Assembly (NCBI RefSeq): GCF_018350175.1
Contig: NC_058373.1
Coordinates: 105,898,001-105,962,000, forward strand
Direction of reading: 5' to 3'
Length of the DNA stretch: 64,000 bases
From: Felis catus
Taxonomy: Eukaryota
Below are positions 23,960 through 37,823 of this stretch, piece after piece. Each line of letters opens with the position of its first letter. The first letter of the stretch is position 1. Under the pieces are notes generated by a model. It ran no database searches. It was not told the origin of the DNA and saw only the letters and a program-made list of their open reading frames with translations. The position numbers were made by a program, and so were the translations under genes.

Positions 23960-25925
23960 TTTATGTTCAAGTAAATTTTTCAAATGTTTATTTACTTTTG
24001 AGAGGGAGAGGGAGGGAGAGAGAGCATGAGTCGGGGAGGAGCATAGAGAGAGGGAGACGCAGAATCTGAAGCAGGCTCCAGGCTCTGAGCTGTCAGCACA
24101 GAGCCCGACGCAGGGCCTGAACTCACGAACCTCAAGATCATGACCTGAGCCGAAGTCAGGCCCTTAACCGACTGAGCCAACCAGGCGCCCCAATATTCAA
24201 ATGATTTTTAAGAAGGGTGCCAAGATTATTGAATGGGAGAAAGAATAGTCTTTTCAACAAATGGTACTGGGACCACTGAATATTCACATGTTAAAAAAAA
24301 AAAAAAGTTGGGTCTCTCACACACCATATGCAGAAATTAACTGAAAATGCATCAAAGATCTAAATGTAAGAGGAAAGTATAAAACTCAGAAAAAAACCAT
24401 CAGAATAAGCCTTCATTACCTGGGTTAAGTGATAGTTTCCTAGATTCCTCCAGCAAAAGCAACCAAAGAAAAAATAAGTAAGTCGAATTTCATCAAAATT
24501 ATTAAAAACTTCTGTGCTTCAAAGAACACTATCAAGAAAGTGAAAAGACGGCACACAGAATGGTAGCAAATATTTGCAAATCAAATATATGACAAGAGAC
24601 TTGTACCCAGACTGTATAAAGGACTCCTGAATAGATATTTTTCCTAAGAAGACATAACAATGATGAATAGGCATATAGAAAGATTTCAGCTTGCTTTTTA
24701 AAAATGTTTATGTATTTATTTTGAGAGAGAGAGCGTGCACATGCAAGAGAGCATGAGTGGAGGGGCAGAGAGAGGGAGAGAGAGAGAGAGAGAGAGAATC
24801 CCAAGCGGGTTCTGTGCTGCCAGCACAGAACCTGACATGGGGTTTGATCTCACAAACCATGAGATTGTGACCTGAGCTGAAATCAACAGTAGGATGCTTA
24901 ACTGATTGAGCTGCCCAGGCGCCCCCAGATTTCAACTTCCTTAATCATTAGAGAAATGCAAATCAAAATCACAAGGAGATACCTCATCACATAAGTTAGG
25001 ACGGTATCATTAAAAGGACAGACTATAGCAACTGGTGAGAAGGATGTAGAAAAATTGGAACCTTCGTACACTGCTGGTGGGAATGCAAAATGGTACAGGC
25101 GCTTTGAAAAAACACCTTGGTAGCTCCTCAATCTGTTAAACATAGTGTTACCCAGACATTCCACTCCCAGGTAGATACCCAAGAGAACTGAAAACATGAC
25201 CACATGAAAACCTGTACATGAACGTTCCTGCCAGCATCGTTCGTAACAGCCAAAAAGTGGAAACAACCCACATGTCTATCAACTGATAAGTGGACTAACA
25301 AAATGGAGCATATCCCTGTGGTGGGATATTGTTTGTCCCTAAGAAGGAATGACATACTGATGCATGCTGCAACGTGAATAAACCTTAAAAAGATTGCACT
25401 AGGGGCGCCTGGGTGGCTCAGTCAGTTGGGCGTCCGACTTCGGCTCAGGTCATGATCTCGCGGTCCATGGGTTCGAGCCCTGCGTCGGGCTCTGTGCTGA
25501 CAGCTCAGAGCCTGGAGCCTGTTTCAGATTCTGCGTCTCCCTCTTTCTCTGACCTTCCCCTGTTCATGCTCTCTCTCTGTCTCAAAAATAAATAAGTGTT
25601 AAAAAAAAAAAAAAGGATTGCACTAAGTGGAAGAACTCAGTCACAAAAGGATAGTGTATGATTCCGTTAATGTGAAATATCCAAAGTGGGCAAAACCATA
25701 CAGAAAAAAAGTAGATGAGTGGCTGCTGAGGGGCCAAGAAGAGTGAGGGAATGACCACTAATGGATACAGGGTTCCTTTGAGGGGTGCTGAAATGTGTGG
25801 AAATCAGATTGTGGTGATGGTTGCAAAACTCAAAATATTCTAGAATATTTAGAACTGTATGCGTTAAAGGAGGGAATTTTCTAGTTTGTGAAATATGTCT
25901 CAATAGATGTGTATATGAAAAAAAG
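23960..25925 (+). mobile_element. Old L1MB-like 3' fragment with three nested CAN-SINEs (~23975-24191 -, ~24695-24926 -, ~25402-25612 +)
   Basis: ORF2-end motifs (TCTTTTCAACAAATGGTACTGG; CTGCTGGTGGGAATGCAAAATGGTACAG) and 3'UTR; SINE TSDs such as GATTGCACTA and AGATTTCA. Confidence 0.85.
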
Positions 25926-26070
25926 TCTCAGAAACCTGATGTTTGAAGAGAAGGAGAAGGCTTTATGAAGAAAATGACATTTGACCTATGGATGAAAGGC
26001 TGAGGAGTAGTTTTCTGCATAAAATTAAAGGTCTTTTCAGCCAAAGGGAAATGCAAGGGATGGTGAACTA

Positions 26071-26592
26071 CAGCTGACCCTTGAACAACGCTGGTTTGAA
26101 GTGCGTGGGTCCACTTATGCCCAGATTTTCCATGAAGGACAGTAAAGAATCATAAATGTAATTTCTTTTCCTTATGATTTTCTTAATGATATTTTCTTCT
26201 GTCTACCTTGCTTTATTGTAAGAATGCAGTATAGAATACATATAATTAATCGACTGTTGTCAGAAAGGTTTCAGTAAGTTATTAGCAGTTAAGTTTTCAG
26301 GGAGTCAAAAGTTATACGTGGATTTTTTTATGTTTATTTGAGAGACAGAGACAGAGCGTGAGCAGGGGAGAGGCAGAGAGAGAGGGAGACACAGAATCTG
26401 AAGCAGGCTCCAGGCTCCAAGCTGTCAGCACAGAGACCAATGCGGGGCTCGAACCCATGAACTGCAAAAACATGACCTGAGCTGAAGTCAGATGCTTAAC
26501 CAACTGAGCCACCCAGGCACCTCTACACGTGGATTTTTGACCGCTCAGGATCAGCACCCCTACCCCCACCTGCACTGGTCAAAGGTCAACTG
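26071..26592. mobile_element. Tigger2/MER8-type non-autonomous TcMar element with nested SINE (~26325-26523, -)
   Basis: TIRs CAGCTGACCCTTGA ... TCAAAGGTCAACTG flanked by TA; SINE TSD ACGTGGATTTTT. Confidence 0.85.
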
Positions 26593-27257
26593 TATTTGGG
26601 AAATATGTGACCAAGTCTTGCCTAGGAAAAGGTTAGTGGGAAATAAGAATGGAAAGGAGGGCCTGGATCAGCCAATTTCAGCAGGAAAGAGAGGGAGTGA
26701 TCAAAAAGGAGTAAAGAGAATGTGATAAAGAGATGGATGACGGAGGTATGGACAGAGTTAAAAGAACCCGAAAAGGATCATGAAGCTTTCTCAGACCAAC
26801 AACAGTAGGGAGTTGTCACAGTCCCTAAGCCCAAGGGTCCAATGGTGGGGACAATGACCAGAACTTAGAGCTATAGCTATAGGAAAGAACCAAGTCAATT
26901 TGGATGTTAGGTAGAGGAAGGTAGCGACTGCCAAACCTTGGGGGAAAGAAGCCCAAAGGTGGGGGCAAGGGATGGGATACAGTGATTGCTGTCTTTCCCA
27001 CCTTCCAGTCTCCCGACCCGGAAGGCAAAGCACAGAACCTGTTGATACAGTCCCTATAGGGCTGCCTCCTGGGGTGGAGAGCTGGGCCAAGTGTGAAGAG
27101 TGAGTCTGGAGAGGAAGCAGCTCAGGGCCAGATCATAAAAGATTTGTGTACCTTGCCAAGCAGTCTGGACTTTGTCCTGCAGACAGGAGGAAACTATAAA
27201 AAGGATTTAAGTAGGGAAGTGACTGCGATGTGATAGTTTGGACAGGGAGCACTTAAA

Positions 27258-27390
27258 ACCGGTTCTCAAAGTGTGGTCCCCAGACCAGCAGCATCCACAT
27301 CACGTGGGAACTTGTCAGAAATGCAAATTCTTGGGTCCCCTCACTAAATTACAGGAGGGAGATCCAGCAATCCATATTTGAACAAGCACC
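27258..27390. mobile_element. MER5A-like fragment
   Basis: GGTTCTCAAAGTGTGGTCCCCAGACCAGCAGCATC...AGAAATGCAAATTCT. Confidence 0.8.
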
Positions 27391-27949
27391 ATCACGGAGA
27401 ATATAATCAGATAATCATCCATAAGTATGTGTTTAGTTAATAAACATTGAAAGGACGCTTACCCTCACTACCCATCTGAGAAACTCGATGGAAAACAATA
27501 AGCTATATTTCATCCATGACACTGTCAAAGCTAAACATTTTTTTCCAGTGGCAAACAATTGTCAAGGTTCTGAAAATACAGATATGCATTGTTGGTAGGA
27601 AGCTATCTAGGTATATCCTTTTTGGACGACAAATCTGACACTCTTTAAAAAAACCCTATGCTTACCCTGACCCAATGACTCTATTTCTTTGGTGTCTAAG
27701 CTAGAGAAAAAGATACACATCCACAAAGAGAGATACAGAAGTACATGCATGTCCCTATATTATTTGTAATAGACCAAAACAAAAAACAAACAAAAAAAAC
27801 AAAAAAACAAAACCAAAACCAAAAGCAAAAACAAAAAAAACCCAGAGGAGGAATAGCCTAAATTTCCATGCATAAGGAACAGATAAATAAGAGATAGTAA
27901 AGTTATAATATGAAGGATTTCTTTTTGGATTGGATTCCTTTTTTTCCCT

Positions 27950-28158
27950 CTTTTTTAATGCTTATTTATTTTTGAGACAGAGAGACAGAGTGCAAGTGAG
28001 GGAGAGGCAGAGGGAGAGGGAGACAAAGAATACAAAGCAGGCTCCAGGCTCCGAGCTGTCAACACAGAGCCTGACATGAGGCTCCAACTCACAGACTGTG
28101 AGATCATGACCTGAGCTGAAGTCAGACACTTAATGGACTGAGCCACCCAGGTGTCCCT
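27950..28158 (-). mobile_element. CAN-SINE within old L1-like sequence
   Basis: Reverse head CCCAGGTGTCCC. Confidence 0.9.
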
Positions 28159-28593
28159 GGATTTCTACAGAACTACATAGGAAGAGATTATTAAAAACAT
28201 CTCTGAATGAAAAAAAAAAATTCAGAATGATATACGCAGAACAATACTGTTTGTGTAAAAAAACATAAGACTTTACTAAATGTTTTTGATAAATATATGT
28301 TATGTATAAAAATGGATTACAATAGGCATCAAACTCATCATAGTTATTTCCTCTGCAGAGAAAGGAGAGGACCAAATTAGAAGACAGTAGCCAAGGGGAG
28401 CTTTTATTTTACTTGGAACAGTCTCATCTCTTTTTTTTTTAAAGAAGAATATTTGTATACTTTAAAAATATTTATACACATGGAAAGGCTGAAAAATAAT
28501 GTGTTGAAACATTAATAGTAATTCATTTTGGATAGTGGGAAATGGGTATTAGTTTCTGCTCTCTGTGTTTTTCTTCATTAAAAATTCAAGCTC

Positions 28594-28810
28594 GGGGCGC
28601 CTGGGTGGCTCAGTCGGTTAAGCAGCCGACTTCAGCTCAGGTCATGATCTCGCACTCCGTGAGTTCGAGCCCCACATCAGGCTCTGTGCTAACAGCTCAG
28701 AGCCTGGAGCCTGTTTCAGATTCTGTGTGTCCCTCTCTCTGACCCTCCCCTGTTCATGCTCTGTCTCTCCCTGTCTCAAAAATAAATAAAACGTTAAAAA
28801 AAATTTTTTT
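28594..28810 (+). mobile_element. Felid CAN-SINE
   Basis: TSD TAAAAATTCAAGCTC. Confidence 0.93.
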
Positions 28811-28867
28811 TAAAAATTCAAGCTCTTCCCCAAAAGAGATGTATATAAGAAATCTTTACGTTTTGTT

Positions 28868-28980
28868 GAAGAAGAGGAAGGAGAAGGAGGATGAGAAGAA
28901 AGAAGAAAGAAGGAAGGAAGGAAGGAAGAAAGGAAGGAAGGAAAGAAGGAAGGAAGGAGAGGAAAAAGGAAAGAAAAAAA
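28868..28980 (+). repeat. Polypurine (GGAA/GAA)n tract
   Basis: Seen directly. Confidence 0.9.
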
Positions 28981-29029
28981 TCTGAAAAGCTACATAGTAT
29001 GTGAGTCTGGCTGCTAATTGAGGGAGGAG

Positions 29030-29365
29030 GGATAAATAGGAGGAACACAGAGAATTTTTAGGGCGGTGAAACTACTCTGCATGATATTATCGTAGTGAAT
29101 ATTTATCATTATATATGTGTTCAAACCCATAGCATGGACAACACCAAGTGTGAGTCCTAGTGTAAATTTGGGGCTTTGGGTGATAATGATGTGTCAGTGT
29201 AGCTTCATCAATTGTTACAAATGTACAGCTCTGGTGAGGGATGTGGATGGTGAGGGAGGCTCTGCATGTGTGGGGCAGAGGGGTATATGGGATATCTCTG
29301 TACCTTCTTCTCCGTTTTACCGTGAACCTAAAACTTCCCCCCAAAAATAAAGTCTATTAAAAACA
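29030..29365 (+). mobile_element. L1MC-like 3' end
   Basis: GATAATGATGTGTCAGTGTAG...GTGAACCTAAAAC...AAATAAAGTCTATT. Confidence 0.8.
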
Positions 29366-29376
29366 AAAACCCAGCT

Positions 29377-29603
29377 GGGGCGCCTGGGTGGCGCAGTCGG
29401 TTAGGCGTCCGACTTCAGCCAGGTCACGATCTCGCGGTCTGTGAATTCGAGCCCCGCATCAGGCTCTGGGCTGATGGCTCAGAGCCTGGAGCCTGCTTCC
29501 GATTCTGTGTCTCCTTCTCTCTCTGCCCCTCCCCCGTTCATGCTCTGTCTCTCTCTGTCTCAAAAATAAATAAATGTTAAAAAAAAAATTAAAAAAAAAA
29601 AAC
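29377..29603 (+). mobile_element. Young SINEC_Fc-like element
   Basis: TSD AACAAAAACCCAGCT; long A tail. Confidence 0.95.
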
Positions 29604-29765
29604 AACAAAAACCCAGCTTAAAAGTTCCAATATAGAAAGTCGATAAAATTATGGTATACTGTAGAAGACACTATCATTAAAAACAATAATAATATGAAGA
29701 CATTTTTAAGCTTACAAAATTAGAAGGTTAAAGTTTAAAAAAAAAAAACAACAAAACAGGTGCAC

Positions 29766-29960
29766 AGGTGCCTGGGTGGCTCAGTTGATTGAGTGTTGAC
29801 TCTTGATTTTGGCTCAGGTCATGATCCCAGGGTCGTGGGATCGAGCCCCATGTCAGACTCCATGCTGAGTGTAAATTCTTAAGATTCTCTCTCCCTCTGC
29901 TACTCTCCCAGGCTTGTGCTCTCTCTCTAAAATATAATAATTGTATATAATAAAATATTT
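29766..29960 (+). mobile_element. Older CAN-SINE
   Basis: GGTGCCTGGGTGGCTCAG head. Confidence 0.85.
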
Positions 29961-30231
29961 AAAAGGCAAGTGCAACAGAATTTATGTTACAAACCCATTT
30001 TGTGAAAACAAAGTGAATGTTTCTGAAGGGTGGATCTATGAAGAAATTTCTTTTAGCTTGTTTGTATTTTCTCACTTAATCTGAAGAGAGCCTCATTAAT
30101 TAAAAAATAAAGTTGACAAAAGAAAAAGAATCTAGCAAGGATAGAGAAGATAGATAAGTCAGTGGCACACCTAGTATTGCTCTAGGTGATACTTGATTTT
30201 TATTGGCTTCTATACATCTTTTGTTATTTTT

Positions 30232-30442
30232 ATTTATTTATTTTTTTACGTTTATTTATTTTTGAGATAGAGAGAGACAGAGCATGAATGGGGGAGGGTC
30301 AGAGAGAGAGGGAGACACAGAATCCGAAACAGGCTCCAGGCTCTGAGCACAGAGCCCGATGCCGGGCTCGAACTCACGGACTGAGAGATCATGACCTGAG
30401 CCGAAGTCAGACGCCCAACTGACTGAGCCACCCAGGCGCCCC
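30232..30442 (-). mobile_element. Felid CAN-SINE
   Basis: TSD ~TTTTGTTATTTTT. Confidence 0.92.
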
Positions 30443-31481
30443 TTTCTTTTGTTATTTTTTTAAAAAAACACAACTTAGCAGCTCCTTTTCCCAAAAAGAC
30501 ACAGAATTTCACGCTGCCAAGGGAAACTTTCTGATGGGCAAAAAGGGTTCAAAACATAATTTCAAATGACAGTGCAAGTGATTTATTGCGGTACCTCCTA
30601 ATGTGGGACAGCTGAGGACACAGCAATGCGTTCCGTGTATAGGAACCTGTGTTCTAGTACCTTCCGTCATTTCTACACTGTAGAGAGCCAAGCCACCTGA
30701 CTCAGAATTACCTGGAGAGCTTATTGAAAGGAAGCTCTGTACAAGGCCTGATGCTTGGGGCAAAAGGCTCTGTCGCCAGCAGGAGCAAACCCCGTGGAAG
30801 ACGTCCTGTGCACTCCAAAATTCACAAAACTTTGCCAGAGACTAATCACCGAATCACTGGGATTTTTCAGAAACCTGGATTCGTCATCAAACTGCCGGTC
30901 CTAACAGTTGCGGTGAGGATAACACACAGTAGTGTCTTTGAGCTTTTGCTTTGAAGAGTCCAAATACCGGGGAGGTAGAAGCTATTGTTATCAGTTTCCA
31001 CTCCCGTGGAGGCGGAGCCTTGGCATTTTAGGGACGACCAGAGACAGAAGGAGATACCTCCAGAATGAATTATCTTTAGGTAGTCCCAGATAGGAAAGAT
31101 AGTATGGGTCAGGGATTCCTCTCGATACAAAGCACAGAGGAACCATGCAGGAAGCTGGGGCCAGGCCTATCTCATAGGCGATGGTGTGCATGGACATATA
31201 TCAAACTTCCTAGAATGTAGAGAATTCTTCTGATGCATCACAAAGAAAGTCTGCTTTTGACAAAGGGCCCTCTTCAGTCCCTAAGTACCTCAGAATGATA
31301 ACAAGCTTTGCTAAATATTCCTGAGAAAACTTGAAAAATGATTTGCCCTATCCCTTTCCTGCCTCCAACCAATTTCTGGCTATAGGATATAGAGCTAGAA
31401 CAAGAGAGTAAGATGTCTCCTTCTGGGTAAACATGAATTTTAGCACCCATGGAGCACCCTCTGGAGTGGAATGTTCTAGAC

Positions 31482-31983
31482 CGACACTGTTCCCTAGGTA
31501 ACCGCTGGCCATGTGTGACTACTGAGCACTTGCAGTATGGCTTGTATGAAATGAGATGTGGTGTAAGTGTAAAATGCAGATTTTGAAGACAGTGTAAAAA
31601 AAGAATGTAAATCACTTAAGATATTTAGGATATATTTGGTTAAATAAAATATATTATTACAATTGATTTCACCTGTTTCTTTGTACTTTTAAAAATTTGT
31701 TTTTAACGTTTATTTATTTTTGAGACAGAGAGAGACAGAGCATGAACGGGGAGGGTCAGAGAGAGGGAGACACAGAATCCGAAACAGGCTCCAGGCTCTG
31801 AGCCATCAGCACAGAGCCCGACGCGGGGCTTGAACTCACAAACCGCGAGATCATGACCTGAGCCGAAGTCGGACGCTTAACCGACTGAGCCACCCAGGTG
31901 CCCCTCTTTGTACTTTTTTTAATGTGGCTACTAGAACATTTTCAAGTATCTGTGTGTCTCGTATTTCTGTCAGACAGCAGTGC
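31482..31983. mobile_element. MER33-like hAT element with nested SINE (~31691-31904, -)
   Basis: CTAG-type target flanks; SINE TSD TCTTTGTACTTTT. Confidence 0.8.
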
Positions 31984-33836
31984 TCTAGGACAAAAAAGTA
32001 AGCAGTTGCTGCCTAGCAAAAAAATGTAAGTGGCAAGTGGGTACTCTCTTGCCTTTCAGCCTAGCCCAAACAGAAGCGTGGCATCCATTGCAAAAGTGTC
32101 TCTCTCTGATCTTCTCTCAAATTGCCGAGATTTCTCTCCTTTCCTTTGGTGAAGTTCCTTGTGGTGAAATGAGAGATGTACTCTTACTTTCACTTTTTTT
32201 AATCGCTCAGTTCCTCAAGGGCAGGGGCCACGTGGCCTTCTGTGTTTTGCATGGCTCTGCACCCACTATGAATGCAAGATAAAGGATTTGACCCACAATG
32301 ATCACCATCTGTGCGGGCTCCCTTCTATTATTTACACCTGATGGATGTTCATCAACGTTCGTGGTTGTTCGTTAGTGTTCAGGTTTAGAGATGAACAACT
32401 ATAGCTAATTGATGAGCCTTTATTGCTAATGAGTAAAGGCTGATTGAGAGATGACTGAGTTCTAGTTAACTCTGAATAGCTCAAAAGGCAATTCAAGCAC
32501 CAGAAGACACCTGCTTTGTGCAAGGCGTAGGTGAGTAAGTATAGGTTTAAATAGGAAAAAAAAAAGAGGCAGTGAGATTAGAATCATACACAGAATACAC
32601 ACTCAGTAACCACAGCAGGAAGACCTTGGTCTGAGAAGGGAAGAGCTGGGTAGAAGGACTTTTAGACTTGAGTTTAGATCCTAGAGCTGATTGAGACATG
32701 TCCCCTAAACTGGGCAAAGCTAGAATCTGTTGCAGCTCTTTGTGTGTTTAATTACACATTGACCTCTTCTTACAAAGTGATAAATAGCTTGTGCAAGTGT
32801 GCCTACATCTACTCCAGTATACGTGTGTGCACATGCACACACATGTGCTCACACACTTGGTCTCCCGCCATCCCCCTTCTGTGGCTAAAAGCTCCACAGT
32901 TCCCACAAAACCCCCTCGTGGGAACTGTGGAGCTTTTCAAGTATGAATCTGAAAAATTTAGAGGATTGTAATGTTTAATCTTAAGACAGTTGTTATTCCG
33001 GGGCTGCTTGTACCAGTGGGCCATTACCAAAACAAGGATTAGCTAAAATCCGACTCTGGCCAGTTCAGGAAAATCTATGGGTCAAAGGGTGGGGTTTGTG
33101 AAAATCACAAACACATTTTAAAGGATTAAGCAACTCGCTTGCAGTGTTTTTGTGGGAGCTACCCCATTCCCTCCTATTCTAATACTCTCTCCCCAACTCT
33201 TGCTCTATCTTGGTTTTCATAGTTTGTTTTTAAATGTCACAACATAGTGTCAATTAGAGATAACCCGTGTTGGCAAGATTCATTTCTAGAAATTAAGAAA
33301 TGACTCTCGAAAATCAAGGGCTATCAGCCATTCTTACATTGTGTAAACCTGTTCAATGACACCTCAGACCAGCTGTGTTGGGAAAATAGATGGAGGGGCT
33401 CTGATGGAGGGGAGAAGAGGGCAAGCAATTAGTGGAACTTGGAGCACTTTTGGAATTCCGATAGAACTTCGAAGGTACCATGGTGGAGAACAGAGTGCCA
33501 CGAGGCAGTGGAAGCCTGGAGGGAAGGGACACAAGCTACTGAGAGAGCCAGGCGCTAGGTAAGGTGAAGAAGTGGATGAGGACACATTTCACCCGGTTCA
33601 GATTTTCCTAGGGTATCATCCATTGGCTCAGGGTAAGGAAAAGGAATGGTCTTTCTTCTCTTCTACCCTCTTTACTGCTGCAAAGGCTGTCCCCTCTCAC
33701 CATTCAGACTTCAAGCCTGTAAGATTAATGCTATGACTAACTCTATTCTGTAATGTGTTTGCTTTTTTGGTCTAGCTTGGGAACCTAAGCACCATTTAAA
33801 ACATTATTTATTTTTTTTTTTTAAGAAAAAACACGT

Positions 33837-34047
33837 GGGGCACCTGAGTGGCTCAGTTGATTGAGTGACTTCAGCTCAAGGCATGAGATCACAGTGTGTG
33901 GGTTCAAGCCCTGTGTCGGGCTTTATGCTGACAGCACAGAGCCTGCTTCAGATTCTCTGTCTCCTTCTGTCTCTGCCCCTGTCCCCTCCCCCGTTCTCTC
34001 TGTGTCTCTCAAAAATAAATAAACATCAAAATTTTTTAATAATAATA
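33837..34047 (+). mobile_element. CAN-SINE
   Basis: TSD ~AAGAAAAAACA(C/T)GT. Confidence 0.9.
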
Positions 34048-34144
34048 AAGAAAAAAACATGTATTCTCTATTGCAAGCAGGTGAAATGAGCACAAAATGG
34101 ACTTTTGGAACAAAATAATTTTTAAAATATAAGCTATCCATATA

Positions 34145-34991
34145 CAGTAAAACCTTAGTTTGTGAGTATAATTTGTCCCAGAAACATGCTTGCAATCCAA
34201 AGCACGTGTATATCAAAACGAATTTCCCCATAAGAAATAATGGAAACTTAGATGATTCATTTCACAACCCAAAACAATATTCATTAAAAATGATTACAAT
34301 ACTGTAATATAATGCAAAATAATAAAGAAAATGCAAAATGTAAAGAAAAATAAACAAATTAACCTGCACTTACCCTTGAAAACCTTTGTGGCTGGTGTGA
34401 GGGAGACCAGAGAGAGGGGGGTTATTGTGTAGAATGACTTTCACTATCACTACTGGACCATCTATTGGCTCAATGGAATCTTTTTCTGCATGGGGGCACA
34501 GATGTTGACCACAGTCCAATATTAATAAACTCTTGTCATACTGTATTTAACGTAACTGACAATAAGGCAGCAGAGGAAAGGGTCTATATCTGCAGGCAGC
34601 CTGACCTAGAATGAAGCAAACCATTCCTAAGCCTACTCTTGGGTGGAAAAAGCAAAGGACTGTCCATAGGTGCTGTGAAGTGACAAAAAATACACTAGTG
34701 CCGGTCGTGGGCTCCTTCCAACGTTCTGAAAATCACTGATTTCTGCCAAACACCATGGCCTGAGACGGAGCATTCAAGCATGGGAGATGATCACCCACAA
34801 TCCCACAGCAAGAGAGAGAAACAGAGAAAAAGAGAGAGGAACCATTGGCTCAGTTGTGAGCAGGTGACATTCAGTGTCAGGTACTACTCATATTACAACA
34901 TATTGCTTATTTATCAAGTTAAAATTTATTAGGAATGTTTGCTTGTCTTGCAGAACAGTCGCAGAACAAGTTACAATCCAAGATTTTACAG
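34145..34991. mobile_element. Non-autonomous TcMar (Tigger/pogo-like) DNA transposon
   Basis: Imperfect TIRs CAGTAAAACCTTAGTTTGT / ACAATCCAAGATTTTACAG, both flanked by TA. Confidence 0.75.
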
Positions 34992-35546
34992 TATATAATT
35001 TGGATAATAGCCTCTAATGAAGTTGTCTTTATACTCTTGAGATGACTAATCTACGATCCCTTAATAAAAAATGGTCTTTAATGAAAAAAATTCATTCCAT
35101 AAAAACCTCACTACATCATCTTTTTAAGGTTATTTTACCATTATTCTGCGGACTTGTGAAGATAGTTTTAAGAACAGCATGTGGGGCCCTGTTCTAAGCT
35201 GCTGTGTCATCATGCACTAGTGCAGATTTTCCAGAATTCTCTCTGGAAAATGATACCTACAACCCCACGCTGACTTCCTCTCTTCCTGGTTCAAAACCAT
35301 TCCCTGCTGCTAAACCCATCACCATGTTTCTCTTTCCTGCTTGAGGGAAAAGTGCTCAGCCTCCTGCAACCAGTGCGGAATTGGTCTCTTCTGGGCTCAG
35401 GATCTGACGCCACACTTCTGCCCAAGCTGAGTAAAATGACGTATGCACTTCATTTCTGGAGCTCAGTAGCAGAATGAAGCCACAGGAGAAATATACAGAG
35501 CATTGCATAGCATTTTGAGGACCATTGTTCTCTTTTATTACAAATG

Positions 35547-35971
35547 CAGGGGGTGGAGCGTGCAGGTAAATGGCTGACAACTGGATCTGCGGGGGAAGCT
35601 CTAATTGGTAGCATTTGCAGATATCCATGATGGAACTACTCCCACCATGACTGATTTCTAGCCACCAATGTGCTGTCGCTGACTGGATTGACCCGGAAGG
35701 GATGTGCAGCAGTATACCATGACTTAGTGTTTCCACCATTCAGATTCAGGTGAAATCTCAAGATCATAGATAACTGTAAAATGTAGTAACAATGAACATG
35801 CAATGAGTTTTGAGGGTTTATCACTTTTGTTTTTAATATAATTTATTTAAGTGTAAGTTTGTATGATTAAGTTTTTAATATTAACTGTGTTTAACAACTG
35901 ACTCACAAAACCCCTGAAATCTAACAATGGGTTTTTATGAGGCAGTTCCATAGGGCTTTGGCATCCCACTG
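35547..35971. mobile_element. MER63-like hAT-Blackjack element
   Basis: TAGCATTTGC..ACTCCCACCATG.CTGATTTC and GTGTTTAACAAC motifs; ends in CCACTG. Confidence 0.65.
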
Positions 35972-37362
35972 ATGTGGATCTGCCTTGAGCAGGGGACTCT
36001 TTAAGTCCCTTTTTTAAGTAGGGGGTATGTATCAGTGAAAAGGCTTCCTGAGATGATGGCTGTAGGGATCTGCCCCTAAAATTTTAGGAATACAGTCAAA
36101 CATATTTAAAATCATATATTCCTCTCAGAGACATCTGGGTTTTCTTTGTAGGTTCCCATCCTAGCGTTGACCTTACTCAAAGCTACTCAACTTGCAAATT
36201 CTAGCAGGCTCATAGCCAGAGGTGGTATAGCTTCCCGCACAGTTAACTTGCATGCGTAAGTCAAGAGGGGGACGACCCTGTTATTCAGAATCACTGTTAC
36301 ACGTGAGTGAAAAGTAATGGGGTTATATTTTACTTGCTTTAACTATGTTTAGATTTAAATGAGTATAATTTCCTAAAACAATAACATAAATCCCAGAGAA
36401 GAAAACCTGTCCCTCGCAGGAAAGCAAAGCCAGAATAAAGCATTTCAATATCTCCTTTTCTACTTTAGCTGGGTGGCTAGTCTTCTGACAACCCAAAATA
36501 TTATTTTAGGAGTTTGAGACACAGGGAGAGGGCACAGACAACCCGAGAGAAAAGGTTACAATCACAGTTTGGTGAAGAGAAAACACTCTCACAAAGATAA
36601 TATGCCATGACATATTGTATTGAAGTGTGGCTTTTCATGAGAAATTCCACATCACAAGGTTCTCATGTAATACAGGACTAAAGTCGCCCCTAATCTCCAA
36701 ATCCAGTGCCTAAGTGCTAGCATAACCTGCTGTGAAACAAGGCTCTTACATAAATCCTTCATGCTGTAATATTTCAGCTACAAAGGAGATTGTATCTTTC
36801 AGGATAATTCCCAATGAGGAAAGTTACAGAAAAAGTAAATAAAATCCTCTCTCTCCATACAACACCCAGCCCATCTTTTACATGTAGATAAGGTTTTGCC
36901 ACATGTAGACTGACCATTTTTGGGTTAAAGGGCCCACGCGGAGATGTGATGTTTAAAGAGAAAAAGAAAATGAAAATTACGTGACATACTCGGTAGGGGA
37001 TATTTTGAAAGCTAACTTGGGATGGTTTATCTAAAATGCAGGGCCAGGGAATTTTTACCAATGGAAGGTCGGTAGAGTCTTCACATGAGAATTCCTGATC
37101 AAGAGTGACAGGACTGTGTACCTGGAGGCAAGACTTCAGCCTTTGAAACCAGAAACAGTCAGCCTTAAGACTGCCATGTTATGCCAGAAGTACTTGGCTT
37201 TTTCTGTTTGTTATTCTTCATAAGTTTCAGGTTGCTATCTTCAGTTGTTAGTTCCTATCTTTAATTCCTAATCAGATGTTCAACTGCTTTAAATTTATGT
37301 GACTATAACATGCTGGTGTTGAGATCAACAAAGTCAGTTTTCTCTTGTTTGGGTTCACCTTG

Positions 37363-37823
37363 TGTTCTGGGTTGAATTTTGTCCCACCCCCTACTCCCAC
37401 CTTACCCCCACCCCACCCCCAAATTCTTATGCTGAAATCCTAAGCATAAGACGCTAAGTACCTTAGCGTGCGACCTTACTTGGAAATAGGGTTTTTAAAG
37501 GGAGAATCAAACTAAAGAGAGGTCATTAGTGTGGGCCCTAATCCAGTGTGACTGGTGTCTTTATAAAAAGGGCCAATTTGGACACAGAGATAGCCACGCA
37601 TGGAGGGAAGACTGTGGGAAGACACATAAGGAATGAAGGGCCATCTGCAAGCCAAAGAGAAAGGTGTGGAGTAGATCTTTCCTCATAGCCCTTAGAAGAA
37701 ACCAACCCTACCCACACTTTGATTTTGGATTTCTAGCTTCCAGAACCGTGACACTCTAAATTTTTGTTCTTCAAGCCACCTGGTCTGTGGTACTTTGTTA
37801 TGCTTCCCTAGCAAATGAATACA
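37363..37823 (+). mobile_element. MaLR solo LTR (MLT1B-like)
   Basis: TG...CA; GGGCCCTAATCCAGTGTGACTGGTGTC motif; near-TSD CCTTG/CCTAG. Confidence 0.88.
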
